Source: Bryobacterales bacterium (GTDB lineage: Bacteria > Acidobacteriota > Terriglobia > Bryobacterales > UBA6623). From it: a stretch of DNA of 64,000 nt. A model generated the notes under the pieces. It worked only from the letters and a program-made list of their open reading frames with translations, was not told the DNA's origin and ran no database searches. The stretch is taken from assembly GCA_965208945.1 (NCBI GenBank), contig OZ242366.1:2195827-2259826 (forward strand), in the 5' to 3' direction. Both the position numbers and the translations under genes were made by a program. Below are positions 28,193 to 36,225 of this stretch, in pieces (positions within the stretch are counted from its first letter, which is position 1; each line of letters starts with the position of its first letter).

Positions 28193-29197
28193 TTACAGGG
28201 GCGGATACGCAAGACTGCCGGCGTTCATGGTACGGATTTCATACAGGTTCTTGCCGGCCGTGATGTAGAGCGTACGCAACCCCTCTCCTCCGAAGGTGCA
28301 GTTCGTGACCGCGTCCTCGGGAATGGAGATCCTCCCTGCCAACTCTCCCTCGGGAGTGATGACGTAGATCCCGGCGTGGTTCTCGGGAGGATGGTTGTTG
28401 TTTCCGGCGGCTCCATAGATGTTGCCCTTGCTGTCGATCGCCATGCCGTCAATGCCGCGGCCGCCGCCGAAGCTGTAGTGCACGCGCCCGTTGGACGGCG
28501 TGCCGTCCTCGGCGAGATCGAAAGCCATCACGCGCGCTTCCCGTGGTTCCCTGATCGTATCTGCGACGTACAGCGTTTTGCCGTCCGGGGAGATCCCGAT
28601 ACCGTTGGGCTTGTTGATATCCGGTCTTGTCAGGACGCGCCTGAGGCGGCCGTCGAGGTCAATCAGGTAGACGTCCTCGGTGTCCAGCTCCCTGTCGGCC
28701 TGATCACCGTAACGCGGATCGGTAAAGTAGATTCGGCCCTGGCGGTCGATCACCAGATCGTTCGGACTGTTGAGCCTTTTGCCTTCATACTCATCAGCGA
28801 GCACTTCGACTTCGCCGGACGTCAGGTCGGTGCGAGTGACCTGCCGTCCGCCGCCCGGGGCGGCTCCTTCGCACGCAATCAGGCGGCCTTCCTGATCGAA
28901 AGCCAGACCGTTGGCTCGTCGGCTGGGGTTCCGGAACTCGGTCCACCCGCCGCCGGGGCTGTGCTTGAGAATGCGATTGCCGCGGATTTCGCTGAAATAG
29001 ACGTTCCCTTCGGCATCCGCGGCGGGACCTTCGGTGAATACGACCGACACCGCCGTCCCCAGCTCCGCCCCCGCCTCCAGCACCGCGGTCGGAGCCGGTG
29101 TCGGAGGCGGCTGTTCCGTTGGCGCCTGAGGTGTGCATGCCGTCATGAGAAAGGCGGCCAGGAGCAGAGCAAGGCCGTCGCTGGGTCTGAGTGTCAT
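28193..29197 (-). CDS. SMP-30/gluconolactonase/LRE family lipoprotein
   Basis: Starts MTLRPSDGLALLLAAFLMTAC (lipobox). Six-bladed propeller-type repeats (NDLVIDRQGRIYFTD, PNGIGISPDGKTLYVAD). Confidence 0.85.
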   Translation of the reverse strand: MTLRPSDGLALLLAAFLMTACTPQAPTEQPPPTPAPTAVLEAGAELGTAVSVVFTEGPAADAEGNVYFSEIRGNRILKHSPGGGWTEFRNPSRRANGLAFDQEGRLIACEGAAPGGGRQVTRTDLTSGEVEVLADEYEGKRLNSPNDLVIDRQGRIYFTDPRYGDQADRELDTEDVYLIDLDGRLRRVLTRPDINKPNGIGISPDGKTLYVADTIREPREARVMAFDLAEDGTPSNGRVHYSFGGGRGIDGMAIDSKGNIYGAAGNNNHPPENHAGIYVITPEGELAGRISIPEDAVTNCTFGGEGLRTLYITAGKNLYEIRTMNAGSLAYPPL

Positions 29198-29225
29198 TGC
29201 AGTGGACCTGAGAGAACGTGAGCTG

Positions 29226-29412
29226 ACCTGTATTCTCACCACGAGGCGAGGCGAAGTGGGTGAGAGGGCCGACAGGACGAGGCGCGGGCCGGGCGGAGGA
29301 AAAAGGCGCGTGCAACATGGCTTTTAAAGGTTTTTACGAATCACGAGTCACGAAACACGAATCACGGCCTTTTTATCGCGTGCTTCGACCGTCGGGTAGT
29401 GAGAAATGCAGG
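29226..29412 (+). mobile_element. MITE copy H (heptad-bearing variant)
   Basis: Normal left arm and right TIR. The centre is replaced by ggcttttaaaggttttt plus an (A/T)CACGAR heptad array. Flanks are CTGA and TCAG. Confidence 0.85.
29334..29368. repeat. Heptad tandem repeat (W)CACGAR x5 inside MITE H
   Basis: Units read ttacgaa tcacgag tcacgaa acacgaa tcacggc. Confidence 0.85.
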
Positions 29413-29552
29413 TCAGAGCGGCTGCGATCATAACGTGCCGGACAGACTGGGTCAAGCGCCGCGGACACTTCCAAATGGAGTCGACTCGCCTTTGCGGTCC
29501 GATTTTGTTGATCTTTCCCCGAGAATGAGAGATTCTATGTAGTTTTCCTTTG

Positions 29553-30509
29553 ATGCGGGTCCGCCTGTTCTATCACGACCGTTGTTTTGACGGCGCTTGT
29601 TCGGCGGCTTTGTTCGCGGAGTTCTTTCGCCGCCGTTTCGATCCCGGCGCTGACTTCATCCTGACGGGTCTGTTCCATCGGGCCGATCAACTTTTCGATG
29701 AAGAGCTTTTCGACGGTGATGAAAACGTCATCGTCGATTTCAAGTACTCGCCTTCTGCCAAGCTCACTTGGTGGTTCGATCATCACCAGAGCGCGTTCCT
29801 GTCTCCGGAGGACGGAGAGCACTTCGAGAGGGATACCAGTGGAAAGAAGTTCTATGACCCGTCGTTCAAGTCGTGCACGAGGTTCATTGCAACCATTGGC
29901 CAGCAGAAGTTCTCATTCGATCCCACGGGGCTTGAGGAACTGATTCGCTGGGCGGACGTCATCGACGGCGCCCAGTACAGAGACGCGCGGGAGGCGGTCA
30001 AGATGGAGGCGGCGGCGATGAAGCTGACTCTCGTTCTGGAGGCGGCAAAGGAGAATCGCAGCAAGCAGATCATTCCTCTTCTCACCGAACGTTCGCTGGA
30101 CGAGATCGTTACCCTTCCTTGGGTCAGTGAGTGCTTCGAGGCGCTCTTTCAGCGTCACATGGAGTCGATCGAGCTCATCCGGGCGCGCGGCAAGCGGAGT
30201 GGCAATACGGTCTTCTTCGACCTGTCGGATACCGACCACGGCGGATACAACAAGTTCATTCCCTACTATTTGTTCCCCGAGAGCGTCTACACGGTCGCCG
30301 TTTCCGACGCTGGTTTCCGCACGAAGGTCTCGGTGGGCTCGAACCCCTGGGCTCCCGTGGAGCCTCGCCACAACCTCGCGACGATCTGTGAAAGCTACGG
30401 AGGTGGAGGCCACTCGCGTGTCGGCGCGATCAGCTATGGGCCGCAAGAGCTGAACCGGGCGCGCCGCACAGCCCGCGAGATCGTCGACAAGCTCTCAGCC
30501 ACAGGTTAG
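29553..30509 (+). CDS. DHH/DHHA1 family phosphoesterase-like protein
   Basis: YHDRCFDGACSA (motif I-like), FDHHQS (DHH) and GGGHSRVGA (DHHA1 GGGH). Confidence 0.75.
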   Translation: MRVRLFYHDRCFDGACSAALFAEFFRRRFDPGADFILTGLFHRADQLFDEELFDGDENVIVDFKYSPSAKLTWWFDHHQSAFLSPEDGEHFERDTSGKKFYDPSFKSCTRFIATIGQQKFSFDPTGLEELIRWADVIDGAQYRDAREAVKMEAAAMKLTLVLEAAKENRSKQIIPLLTERSLDEIVTLPWVSECFEALFQRHMESIELIRARGKRSGNTVFFDLSDTDHGGYNKFIPYYLFPESVYTVAVSDAGFRTKVSVGSNPWAPVEPRHNLATICESYGGGGHSRVGAISYGPQELNRARRTAREIVDKLSATG

Positions 30510-30645
30510 ACCCCTGGATCGCCCGGAACACGAACTACCGATTCTGGAGCATCGAAGCGCTCCGTCCGCGCAGAGAAAACAATCGGGATCAACGGGCCGA
30601 TCGACGAACAGGCGCTGGCAATCTGTCGGGTGTTCCGGGCTGGCC

Positions 30646-31056
30646 TCACGTCCAACTTCGTATTTGTAACCCCTCGAATCCCTGAAAGTCGCCCCTGTTC
30701 GACGTAACTAGGGTCAGCCCGTTGACGAAAGCGATCGCGGCGATCTGCCCGTCGACAAACGGCGGGGTCCTGCCTGCCGCGCTCAGCCGCGCCCGCTCGA
30801 TCGCATGCCGGTCGGCGGCTCGCTGGTCATACTCCAACACGGGAAAGCTTGCCAGCACCACATCCTCGATATAGTGCTCGATGGCTTCTCGTTGTCGTGA
30901 CGGCGCCAGTCGGGCACAGCCGAACCGCAGCTCGTGCCAGACTGGCGCCGGAATCGCAATGTCGTCCTCGTGTTGACGCAGCAGCCGCATGACGACGGGG
31001 GACGGCTTCGGCCTGAGAGGCTCCGAGATGATGTTGGTATCGAGCAGGTATTTCAC
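30646..31056 (-). CDS. vapC: Type II toxin VapC (PIN domain ribonuclease)
   Basis: 136 aa starting MKYLLDTNIISE. Conserved acidic residues. Lies 3 nt downstream of the antitoxin gene. Confidence 0.9.
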   Translation of the reverse strand: MKYLLDTNIISEPLRPKPSPVVMRLLRQHEDDIAIPAPVWHELRFGCARLAPSRQREAIEHYIEDVVLASFPVLEYDQRAADRHAIERARLSAAGRTPPFVDGQIAAIAFVNGLTLVTSNRGDFQGFEGLQIRSWT

Positions 31057-31059
31057 GAT

Positions 31060-31341
31060 TCACAACTGGATGTCGCGCCCCGCCGTTTCCGCGCGTGTCC
31101 CCGCGAACAGTTCGTCGGGGTCGATCGCAAGCTCTGTGAGGTCTCTCTCATTGGTGAAGTCCCGGTACGCCGTGACGAAGCTGCGGCGGTTTGAAGCGAG
31201 ACGCTCGAATCGCTGCAAGCCGATCAACACCGCGACGGGTTCGCCGCGCCGCGTCAACTCCACGGTCATTCCTCTCTCCGCTTCGTGAACGAGCTTCGGC
31301 AGATTGCGGCGCGCCTCGGCGATCGAATGCTTGTCGGTCAT
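31060..31341 (-). CDS. Phd/YefM-type antitoxin
   Basis: 93 aa. Contains HSIAEARRNLPKLVHEAERGMTVELTRRGEPVAVLI. Confidence 0.85.
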   Translation of the reverse strand: MTDKHSIAEARRNLPKLVHEAERGMTVELTRRGEPVAVLIGLQRFERLASNRRSFVTAYRDFTNERDLTELAIDPDELFAGTRAETAGRDIQL

Positions 31342-31353
31342 CTTCCATCCGTG

Positions 31354-31377
31354 ATGTACATGAATATGTACATTATA
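31354..31377 (-). promoter_or_regulatory. Putative TA promoter/operator: two ATGTACAT palindromes overlapping a TATAAT box
   Basis: On the minus strand the sequence reads TATAATGTACATATTCATGTACAT and ends 12 nt upstream of the antitoxin ATG. Confidence 0.6.
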
Positions 31378-31548
31378 CCCAAGGACCCTTGTGGCAGTCG
31401 CACCCGGAGCCGTCCGGTTCCACCGTGCTTGTGGGGCAGAACAGCGGGCTGTTTTGGAGTCCTTGGCCTCTGTACAGGCGTTGAAGCGTTGCGCTGAACC
31501 AACTTCCTGCCGAAGACCAGGCCGCCGGAACTTCGACTGCCGGTCTAG

Positions 31549-31749
31549 CCTGCATTTCTAACCACGTGGCGAGGCGAAGTGGGTGAGAGGGCCGTCAGGA
31601 CTAGGCGCAAGCCGGGCGGAGGAAAAAGGCGCGAGCCGCTTGGCGCGCGCAGGCGTACTTGAACCGTACGTTGAGCACGGCAAGCAAGCGCAACGAAGTC
31701 CTGGCGGTCGTATCGCGTGCTTCGACCGTTGGGTGGTGAGAAATACAGG
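31549..31749 (+). mobile_element. MITE copy I (long subfamily) with an unoccupied internal CTAG
   Basis: Flanks are CTAG and TCAG. Internal sequence gtcaggactaggcgcaag is the empty form of the site occupied in E1 and K. Confidence 0.9.
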
Positions 31750-31760
31750 TCAGGCGGTCT

Positions 31761-33017
31761 TTAGACCTCGATCCGTTCGATTCTTCGAATCAGCGCGAAT
31801 AGCGCCGCGAGCCCCAAGGTAGGCATCAGTCCGGCGGCCAGGAATACCGGCAAGTAGGAAAAGCGGTCTACCACGTACCCGGTGGCGAGCATGAGGGTCA
31901 TGTTCATGATTCCTTCGCCGAGGCCGGTCAGTCCCGCCATGCGGGCCAGCACTCGAGCAGCGAACAGGTCGCCGAGAGTTGCGATATGCGTCGGGACGCT
32001 GATGGCGATGCCGAAGGTCGCGAGGCAGATCAAGGCCATGGCCGTGACGGCGCTGGGCGCGATGGGAACACCCATGCTGCAAGCGCAGAGGGCGGCGCTT
32101 GTCAAGAAGGCCGCCTTGCGGGCACGGTCGGTCGGCCAGCCTCTGGCGATCAAGTGGCCGGAGAACCAGCCGCCGGCCAGGTTGCCGAGGCCTGCGAAGA
32201 GAAAGGGAATTCCGGCGGTCCAGCCGATCTCCTCCATGCTGAAGCCCCGCTCACGGCGCAAGTATTCGGGAAGCCAATACCAGTAGAAGTGGACGACGGG
32301 GCCGCCCAGCGCGCGAATCAGGATGGCGCCCCAGACCTGCCGGATTCGCAGCAGGGGCAGAAACGAGGTCCGCTGTTGCGCCTCGGCTGGGGCTGGCTGG
32401 CTGGTACGGTCGCGGTAGAAGGCGAGCCAGGGGATGATCCACAACAGGCCCAGGGCGCTCGGGATGATGAATGTCATCCGCCAGCCGAAGTGCGATCCGA
32501 GCGGGACGATCAACAGGGGAGCGAGAAAAGCCCCGGCCACCGTACCGCTGTTGAATATGCCGCCCGCGAGCGCTCGCTCTTTGATCGGGAACCACTGTGA
32601 GATGACTTTGATGCCTCCCGAGTAATTTCCGCACTCACCCGCTCCCAGGAAGAAGCGAAAGATCCTCAGGTGCCACAGGTTTCGCGCAATGGCGTGGAGG
32701 CCGTTGGCCACCGACCAGACGAACATGATGAGCGGAAGGCCGAATCGGGCCCCCTTGCGGTCGATCATCCAGCCTGCCGGGTATTGAAACAGTGTCAGCC
32801 CAAGCAGGAAGGCGAAGAGGATCTGGGAGTAGTCCGCGTTCGTCAGGCCCAGCTCGTCGCGGATCACGGGAGCCATTACCGAAAGAACCTGCCGGTCGAT
32901 CAGGTTGATCATGATCGAGAGGAAAAGCAGGAAGAGGATTCCCCAGCGCTTGGGCGAGGGCTGGTCGTCGACGGTTGAGAATCCGCCCGGCTCGTTCGTC
33001 GGGGACGATGCGGTCAT
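31761..33017 (-). CDS. MFS transporter (hexuronate/sugar-acid-type)
   Basis: 418 aa, about 12 predicted TM segments, DRKGARF-type loop motif. Confidence 0.88.
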   Translation of the reverse strand: MTASSPTNEPGGFSTVDDQPSPKRWGILFLLFLSIMINLIDRQVLSVMAPVIRDELGLTNADYSQILFAFLLGLTLFQYPAGWMIDRKGARFGLPLIMFVWSVANGLHAIARNLWHLRIFRFFLGAGECGNYSGGIKVISQWFPIKERALAGGIFNSGTVAGAFLAPLLIVPLGSHFGWRMTFIIPSALGLLWIIPWLAFYRDRTSQPAPAEAQQRTSFLPLLRIRQVWGAILIRALGGPVVHFYWYWLPEYLRRERGFSMEEIGWTAGIPFLFAGLGNLAGGWFSGHLIARGWPTDRARKAAFLTSAALCACSMGVPIAPSAVTAMALICLATFGIAISVPTHIATLGDLFAARVLARMAGLTGLGEGIMNMTLMLATGYVVDRFSYLPVFLAAGLMPTLGLAALFALIRRIERIEV

Positions 33018-33077
33018 GAGGAGATAGCTGACAGCTTAGCCGAAACCGGCGGCGCGCCTGCTTCGGGTTCGCCTTCC

Positions 33078-33170
33078 CGGATGTGAAACATCCTCCTGAT
33101 CAAGCGGCGTTGACGCCGATCCGGGTGTAGCCCGCTTGAACGATCCGACCACGAGCAGAGGAAAAACGGG
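33078..33170. repeat. X-module copy X1 (second short repeat family)
   Basis: Sequence gaaacatcctcctgatcaagcggcgttgac...cccgcttgaacgatcc..cacgagc..aaaaac. Similar to 44705-44803 and 34291-34416. Confidence 0.7.
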
Positions 33171-33237
33171 CCTGCATGTCTCGCCATGTGGCAAAGAGAA
33201 GTCCGTTCGCATCACGAATCAGGGCTTTCAAGTTTTT

Positions 33238-33269
33238 CACTAGCCACTGGCCACTAATCACTATCCACT
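33238..33269. repeat. CACTNNN x5 tandem heptads
   Basis: Units read cact agc cact ggc cact aat cact atc cact. Confidence 0.85.
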
Positions 33270-33282
33270 GCTTTTTTGCTTT

Positions 33283-33310
33283 TCACGAAACACGAGACCC
33301 GAAACACGGC
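33283..33310. repeat. Heptad tandem repeat (W)CACGAR x4
   Basis: Units read tcacgaa acacgag acccgaa acacggc. Confidence 0.8.
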
Positions 33311-33625
33311 CTTTTCTGTGGCTCGTTTGGTGCCCGTTGGTACTGAAGCCCTTCAGTCTTTTTTTCGGCCGGGGGACGGTTTAGGTTGAAAGTGATAACG
33401 CCGTTGTTGGGAACGAAAACCCCATCCGCGCCCGTCGGGGCCACAAGTCGGGTGGGGACGGAAGAGCCGCCCGGTCGCTACTTACCTGCGCGTTGTGGCG
33501 CGGCATGGGGCGGTTATGGCGCGGAATGGGCGGCCGCCGTCCCCCGCGCTGGCAACACGGCCTTTCCTGTTCACCAGACGTCAGATATTTCTTCTGGAGC
33601 GAACCAAGCCCCCCAACCATGGTTT

Positions 33626-33667
33626 TCACGAAACACGAAACACGAGACACGAGGCACGAATCACAGC
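33626..33667. repeat. Heptad tandem repeat (W)CACGAR x6
   Basis: Units read tcacgaa acacgaa acacgag acacgag gcacgaa tcacagc. Confidence 0.85.
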
Positions 33668-33680
33668 TTCCCTACCCACG

Positions 33681-33720
33681 ATTTCCCACCATTTCCCACG
33701 ATTTCCCGGCATTTCCCGGG
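33681..33720. repeat. 10-bp phased repeat ATTTCCCNNN x4
   Basis: Units read atttcccacc atttcccacg atttcccggc atttcccggg, with an exact 10-bp period. Confidence 0.9.
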
Positions 33721-33918
33721 CCCCCCACCCCCTCTCCGCCGATCAAGTGTCCACGAGCCGTCCGCCTTTCTTGGTCAGCCGCCCGGGACTGCCGCCCCCG
33801 CCCGGTCGCTGCTTTCCTGGGCGTTGTGGCGCGGCATGGGGCGGCTATGGCGCGGCATGGGGTGCCCCGAGCCACTGTTCACGCACCATCCTCACCAGCA
33901 ACATAACCATTCGGGTTT

Positions 33919-33953
33919 TCACGAAACACGAGACACGACACACGAATCACGGC
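33919..33953. repeat. Heptad tandem repeat (W)CACGAR x5
   Basis: Units read tcacgaa acacgag acacgac acacgaa tcacggc. Confidence 0.85.
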
Positions 33954-34290
33954 TTTTTTTCACATGCTGCGACCGTCGGGTGGTGAGAAATGCAGGCTAA
34001 CGCCCTGCTCGACGATCTGGTGGCTCAACAGCCGGCGGAAAAACGGACTAAGCGCGTCAGTCGGCAAGCCCGCAGGCTTCAAAGGGGCATGTACGAAGCG
34101 CGGGAAAACGAGTGGAAAGGACTTTTTCCGAATCCCGATTCGGTTCAAGATTCGGAATTCCCCACAATTCGTCACAATTCGTCGGAAAGATTCGGATAAG
34201 CACCTGCCGCCCATCAAGCGCCCCCGCGCACTGCGGCAACCGGGACATCGGCTTCATGGATGCATCGCGTCCCCGCCTGACCTTCCCTGG

Positions 34291-34416
34291 CCCGCAGGTC
34301 TCGCCAAGTGGCGAGGTGAATCAAGCGGCGTTGACAACGGTCTGGATATTTCCCGCTTGTATGATCCTCACACGAGCGGCCAAAAACCGAAAACTGAAAC
34401 TGATGAGAAAGGCAGG
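34291..34416. mobile_element. X-family small element X3 (126 bp) with degenerate MITE-like termini
   Basis: Left end is cccgcaggtctcgccaagtggcgagg, the interior is an X module, and the right end is tgatgagaaaggcagg. Flanks are CTGG and TCAG. Confidence 0.65.
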
Positions 34417-34441
34417 TCAGCTACGATAGACGTTCCGAGCC

Positions 34442-35296
34442 ATGAGTGGGCAGCAGGAGTTGATGCGGGTTTCGGTGGAAGAGTTGCGCGCTCGTGCTCG
34501 GACTCCTTTCCGGCTGTTGCCGGACACGAAGACTCTGCTCCACCACTTCGCGCGCTCGATCGCGGACGGGATTCAATCCCGGAACCGGCGCGGCGAGCCG
34601 AGCCGATTGATTCTGCCGGTGGGGCCGACGAAGCATTACCCGCTGCTCGTTGAGATCACGAATCGCGAGCGGATTAGTTGGCGCGATGTCCATGTGTTCC
34701 AGATGGACGAGTTTCTGGACTGGCAGGGTCGGCTCGTCCCGGAGAGCCACCCGCTGAGCTTTGTGGGTTTCATGCGCCGCGAGTTGTTCGAGCAGATCGA
34801 TCCCGCTTTGCGGATGCCGCAGCGTCAATACTGCTTTCCGCATCCGTTCCGGCCGGATGAGATTTCCGAGCGCATCGAAAAAGTCGGCGGGATCGACTGC
34901 TGTTACGGCGGGATCGGCTACCACGGCCACGTGGCCTTCAACGAGCCTCCGCTCTCCCGCTGGGGCGGCATCAGCGTGGATGCGCTCAGGAATTCGCTCA
35001 CGCGTGTCGTGCCGCTGGCGCCGGATTCGATCATCGTGCAGAGCATTCACTGTTCCGGGGGAGATGCCTCGGCGATTCCACCGCTGGCGGTGACGCTGGG
35101 GATGAAGGATATTCTGAGATCCCGCCGGATTCGGCTCTACCTGGCGGCCGGAGAACGCCACCGCGCCGTCTTCCGGATCGCGGTGGCGGGCGACGTGATG
35201 ACGGACTATCCGGCGACGCTGGTGCAAGGCCACCGTGACGCGGAGATTCTGACGGACGAGGCGACGGCCAGGCCGATCGAGTTGGAGTTGGCGTGA
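34442..35296 (+). CDS. Glucosamine-6-phosphate deaminase/6-phosphogluconolactonase (NagB/SOL) family protein
   Basis: 284 aa. Blocks LILPVGPT and HVFQMDEF are typical of the family. Confidence 0.8.
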   Translation: MSGQQELMRVSVEELRARARTPFRLLPDTKTLLHHFARSIADGIQSRNRRGEPSRLILPVGPTKHYPLLVEITNRERISWRDVHVFQMDEFLDWQGRLVPESHPLSFVGFMRRELFEQIDPALRMPQRQYCFPHPFRPDEISERIEKVGGIDCCYGGIGYHGHVAFNEPPLSRWGGISVDALRNSLTRVVPLAPDSIIVQSIHCSGGDASAIPPLAVTLGMKDILRSRRIRLYLAAGERHRAVFRIAVAGDVMTDYPATLVQGHRDAEILTDEATARPIELELA

Positions 35297-35351
35297 TCCG
35301 GGCCGGAAGCCCGTGACTTGATATCATGCGAGCGGTTTCGGAGGGTTCCCC

Positions 35352-36206
35352 ATGCACCGACGGAGTTTGATTGCCGGCATGGCCATCGCGGCGGCTGAGC
35401 GGCTGTCGGCGTTCTCGGCCGCGTCAGGCCTGGGTGTGCAGAAGTCGATTCTCATCTCGATGCTGCCCGGGGAACTGTCTTATCTCGATCGTTTCAAGCT
35501 GGCCGTCGATGTCGGTTTCAACCTGATGGAGGTCCGGTCGCTGCAAGACGACGCGGAGGCCGCCAGGATCAAGGATGCCGCCGATAAGGCCGGGCTGCGG
35601 ATTCACTCGGTGATGAACGGGATCCATTGGCGTTACCCGCTGTCGAGCCCGATTGCATCGGAGGTCGAGGCGAGCATGGCCGGGATGCGCCGTTCGCTGC
35701 GGCAAGCGAAACTCTACGGCGCGGGGGTGGTGCTCCTCGTGCCCGCCGTAGTGCGCGGCGACACGACCTACGAGCAGGCCTGGGAGCGTTCCAGCAAGCA
35801 GATCCGCATCCTCCTCCCGGAGGCCGAGAAACTGGGCATCACGATCGCGGTCGAAGAGGTGTGGAACAAGTTTCTTCTTACGGCGCGGGACTTCAACCAG
35901 TTCATCGACCAATTCGAAAGCCCCGTGGTGCGGGCCTACTTCGACGTCGGCAACATCGTTCACTACGGCGTGCCGCAGCATTGGATTCGGCAACTGGGCA
36001 AACGGATCGTGCGGGTTCACCTCAAGGATTACGTACGGCAGTCGCGGCAGTTCGTGAATCTCGGTGAGGGCGATGTCAACTGGCCGGCGGTCCGCGGCGC
36101 TCTCGCCGACATCGGTTATGCCGGGCCGGCCACGCTGGAGATCAAGGGCGGCGACCGTTCGTACCTTCAGGATGTGAGCGATCGCGTCGACCGCTTGCTT
36201 GGTTGA
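35352..36206 (+). CDS. Sugar phosphate isomerase/epimerase (xylose isomerase-like TIM barrel), Tat-like signal
   Basis: 284 aa. N-terminus MHRRSLIAGMAIAAA. Blocks IAVEEVWN and YFDVGN. Confidence 0.85.
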   Translation: MHRRSLIAGMAIAAAERLSAFSAASGLGVQKSILISMLPGELSYLDRFKLAVDVGFNLMEVRSLQDDAEAARIKDAADKAGLRIHSVMNGIHWRYPLSSPIASEVEASMAGMRRSLRQAKLYGAGVVLLVPAVVRGDTTYEQAWERSSKQIRILLPEAEKLGITIAVEEVWNKFLLTARDFNQFIDQFESPVVRAYFDVGNIVHYGVPQHWIRQLGKRIVRVHLKDYVRQSRQFVNLGEGDVNWPAVRGALADIGYAGPATLEIKGGDRSYLQDVSDRVDRLLG

Positions 36207-36225
36207 ACCCGTGGGACGGAAGCAT

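Larger units (their letters stand above)
33171..33996 (+). repeat. Composite repeat island bounded by MITE-type termini
   Basis: Left end is cctgcatgtctcgccatgtggc and right end is gtcgggtggtgagaaatgcagg followed by CTAA. The interior consists of heptad arrays, decamer repeats and a duplicated roughly 60-bp core. Confidence 0.7.

Noticed and set aside
33386-34000. ORFs of 137-204 aa within the 33-kb repeat island.
   Set aside because: Their composition is dominated by repeat-derived P/R/G/W/H runs. All three frames are open and no domain or start context is present.
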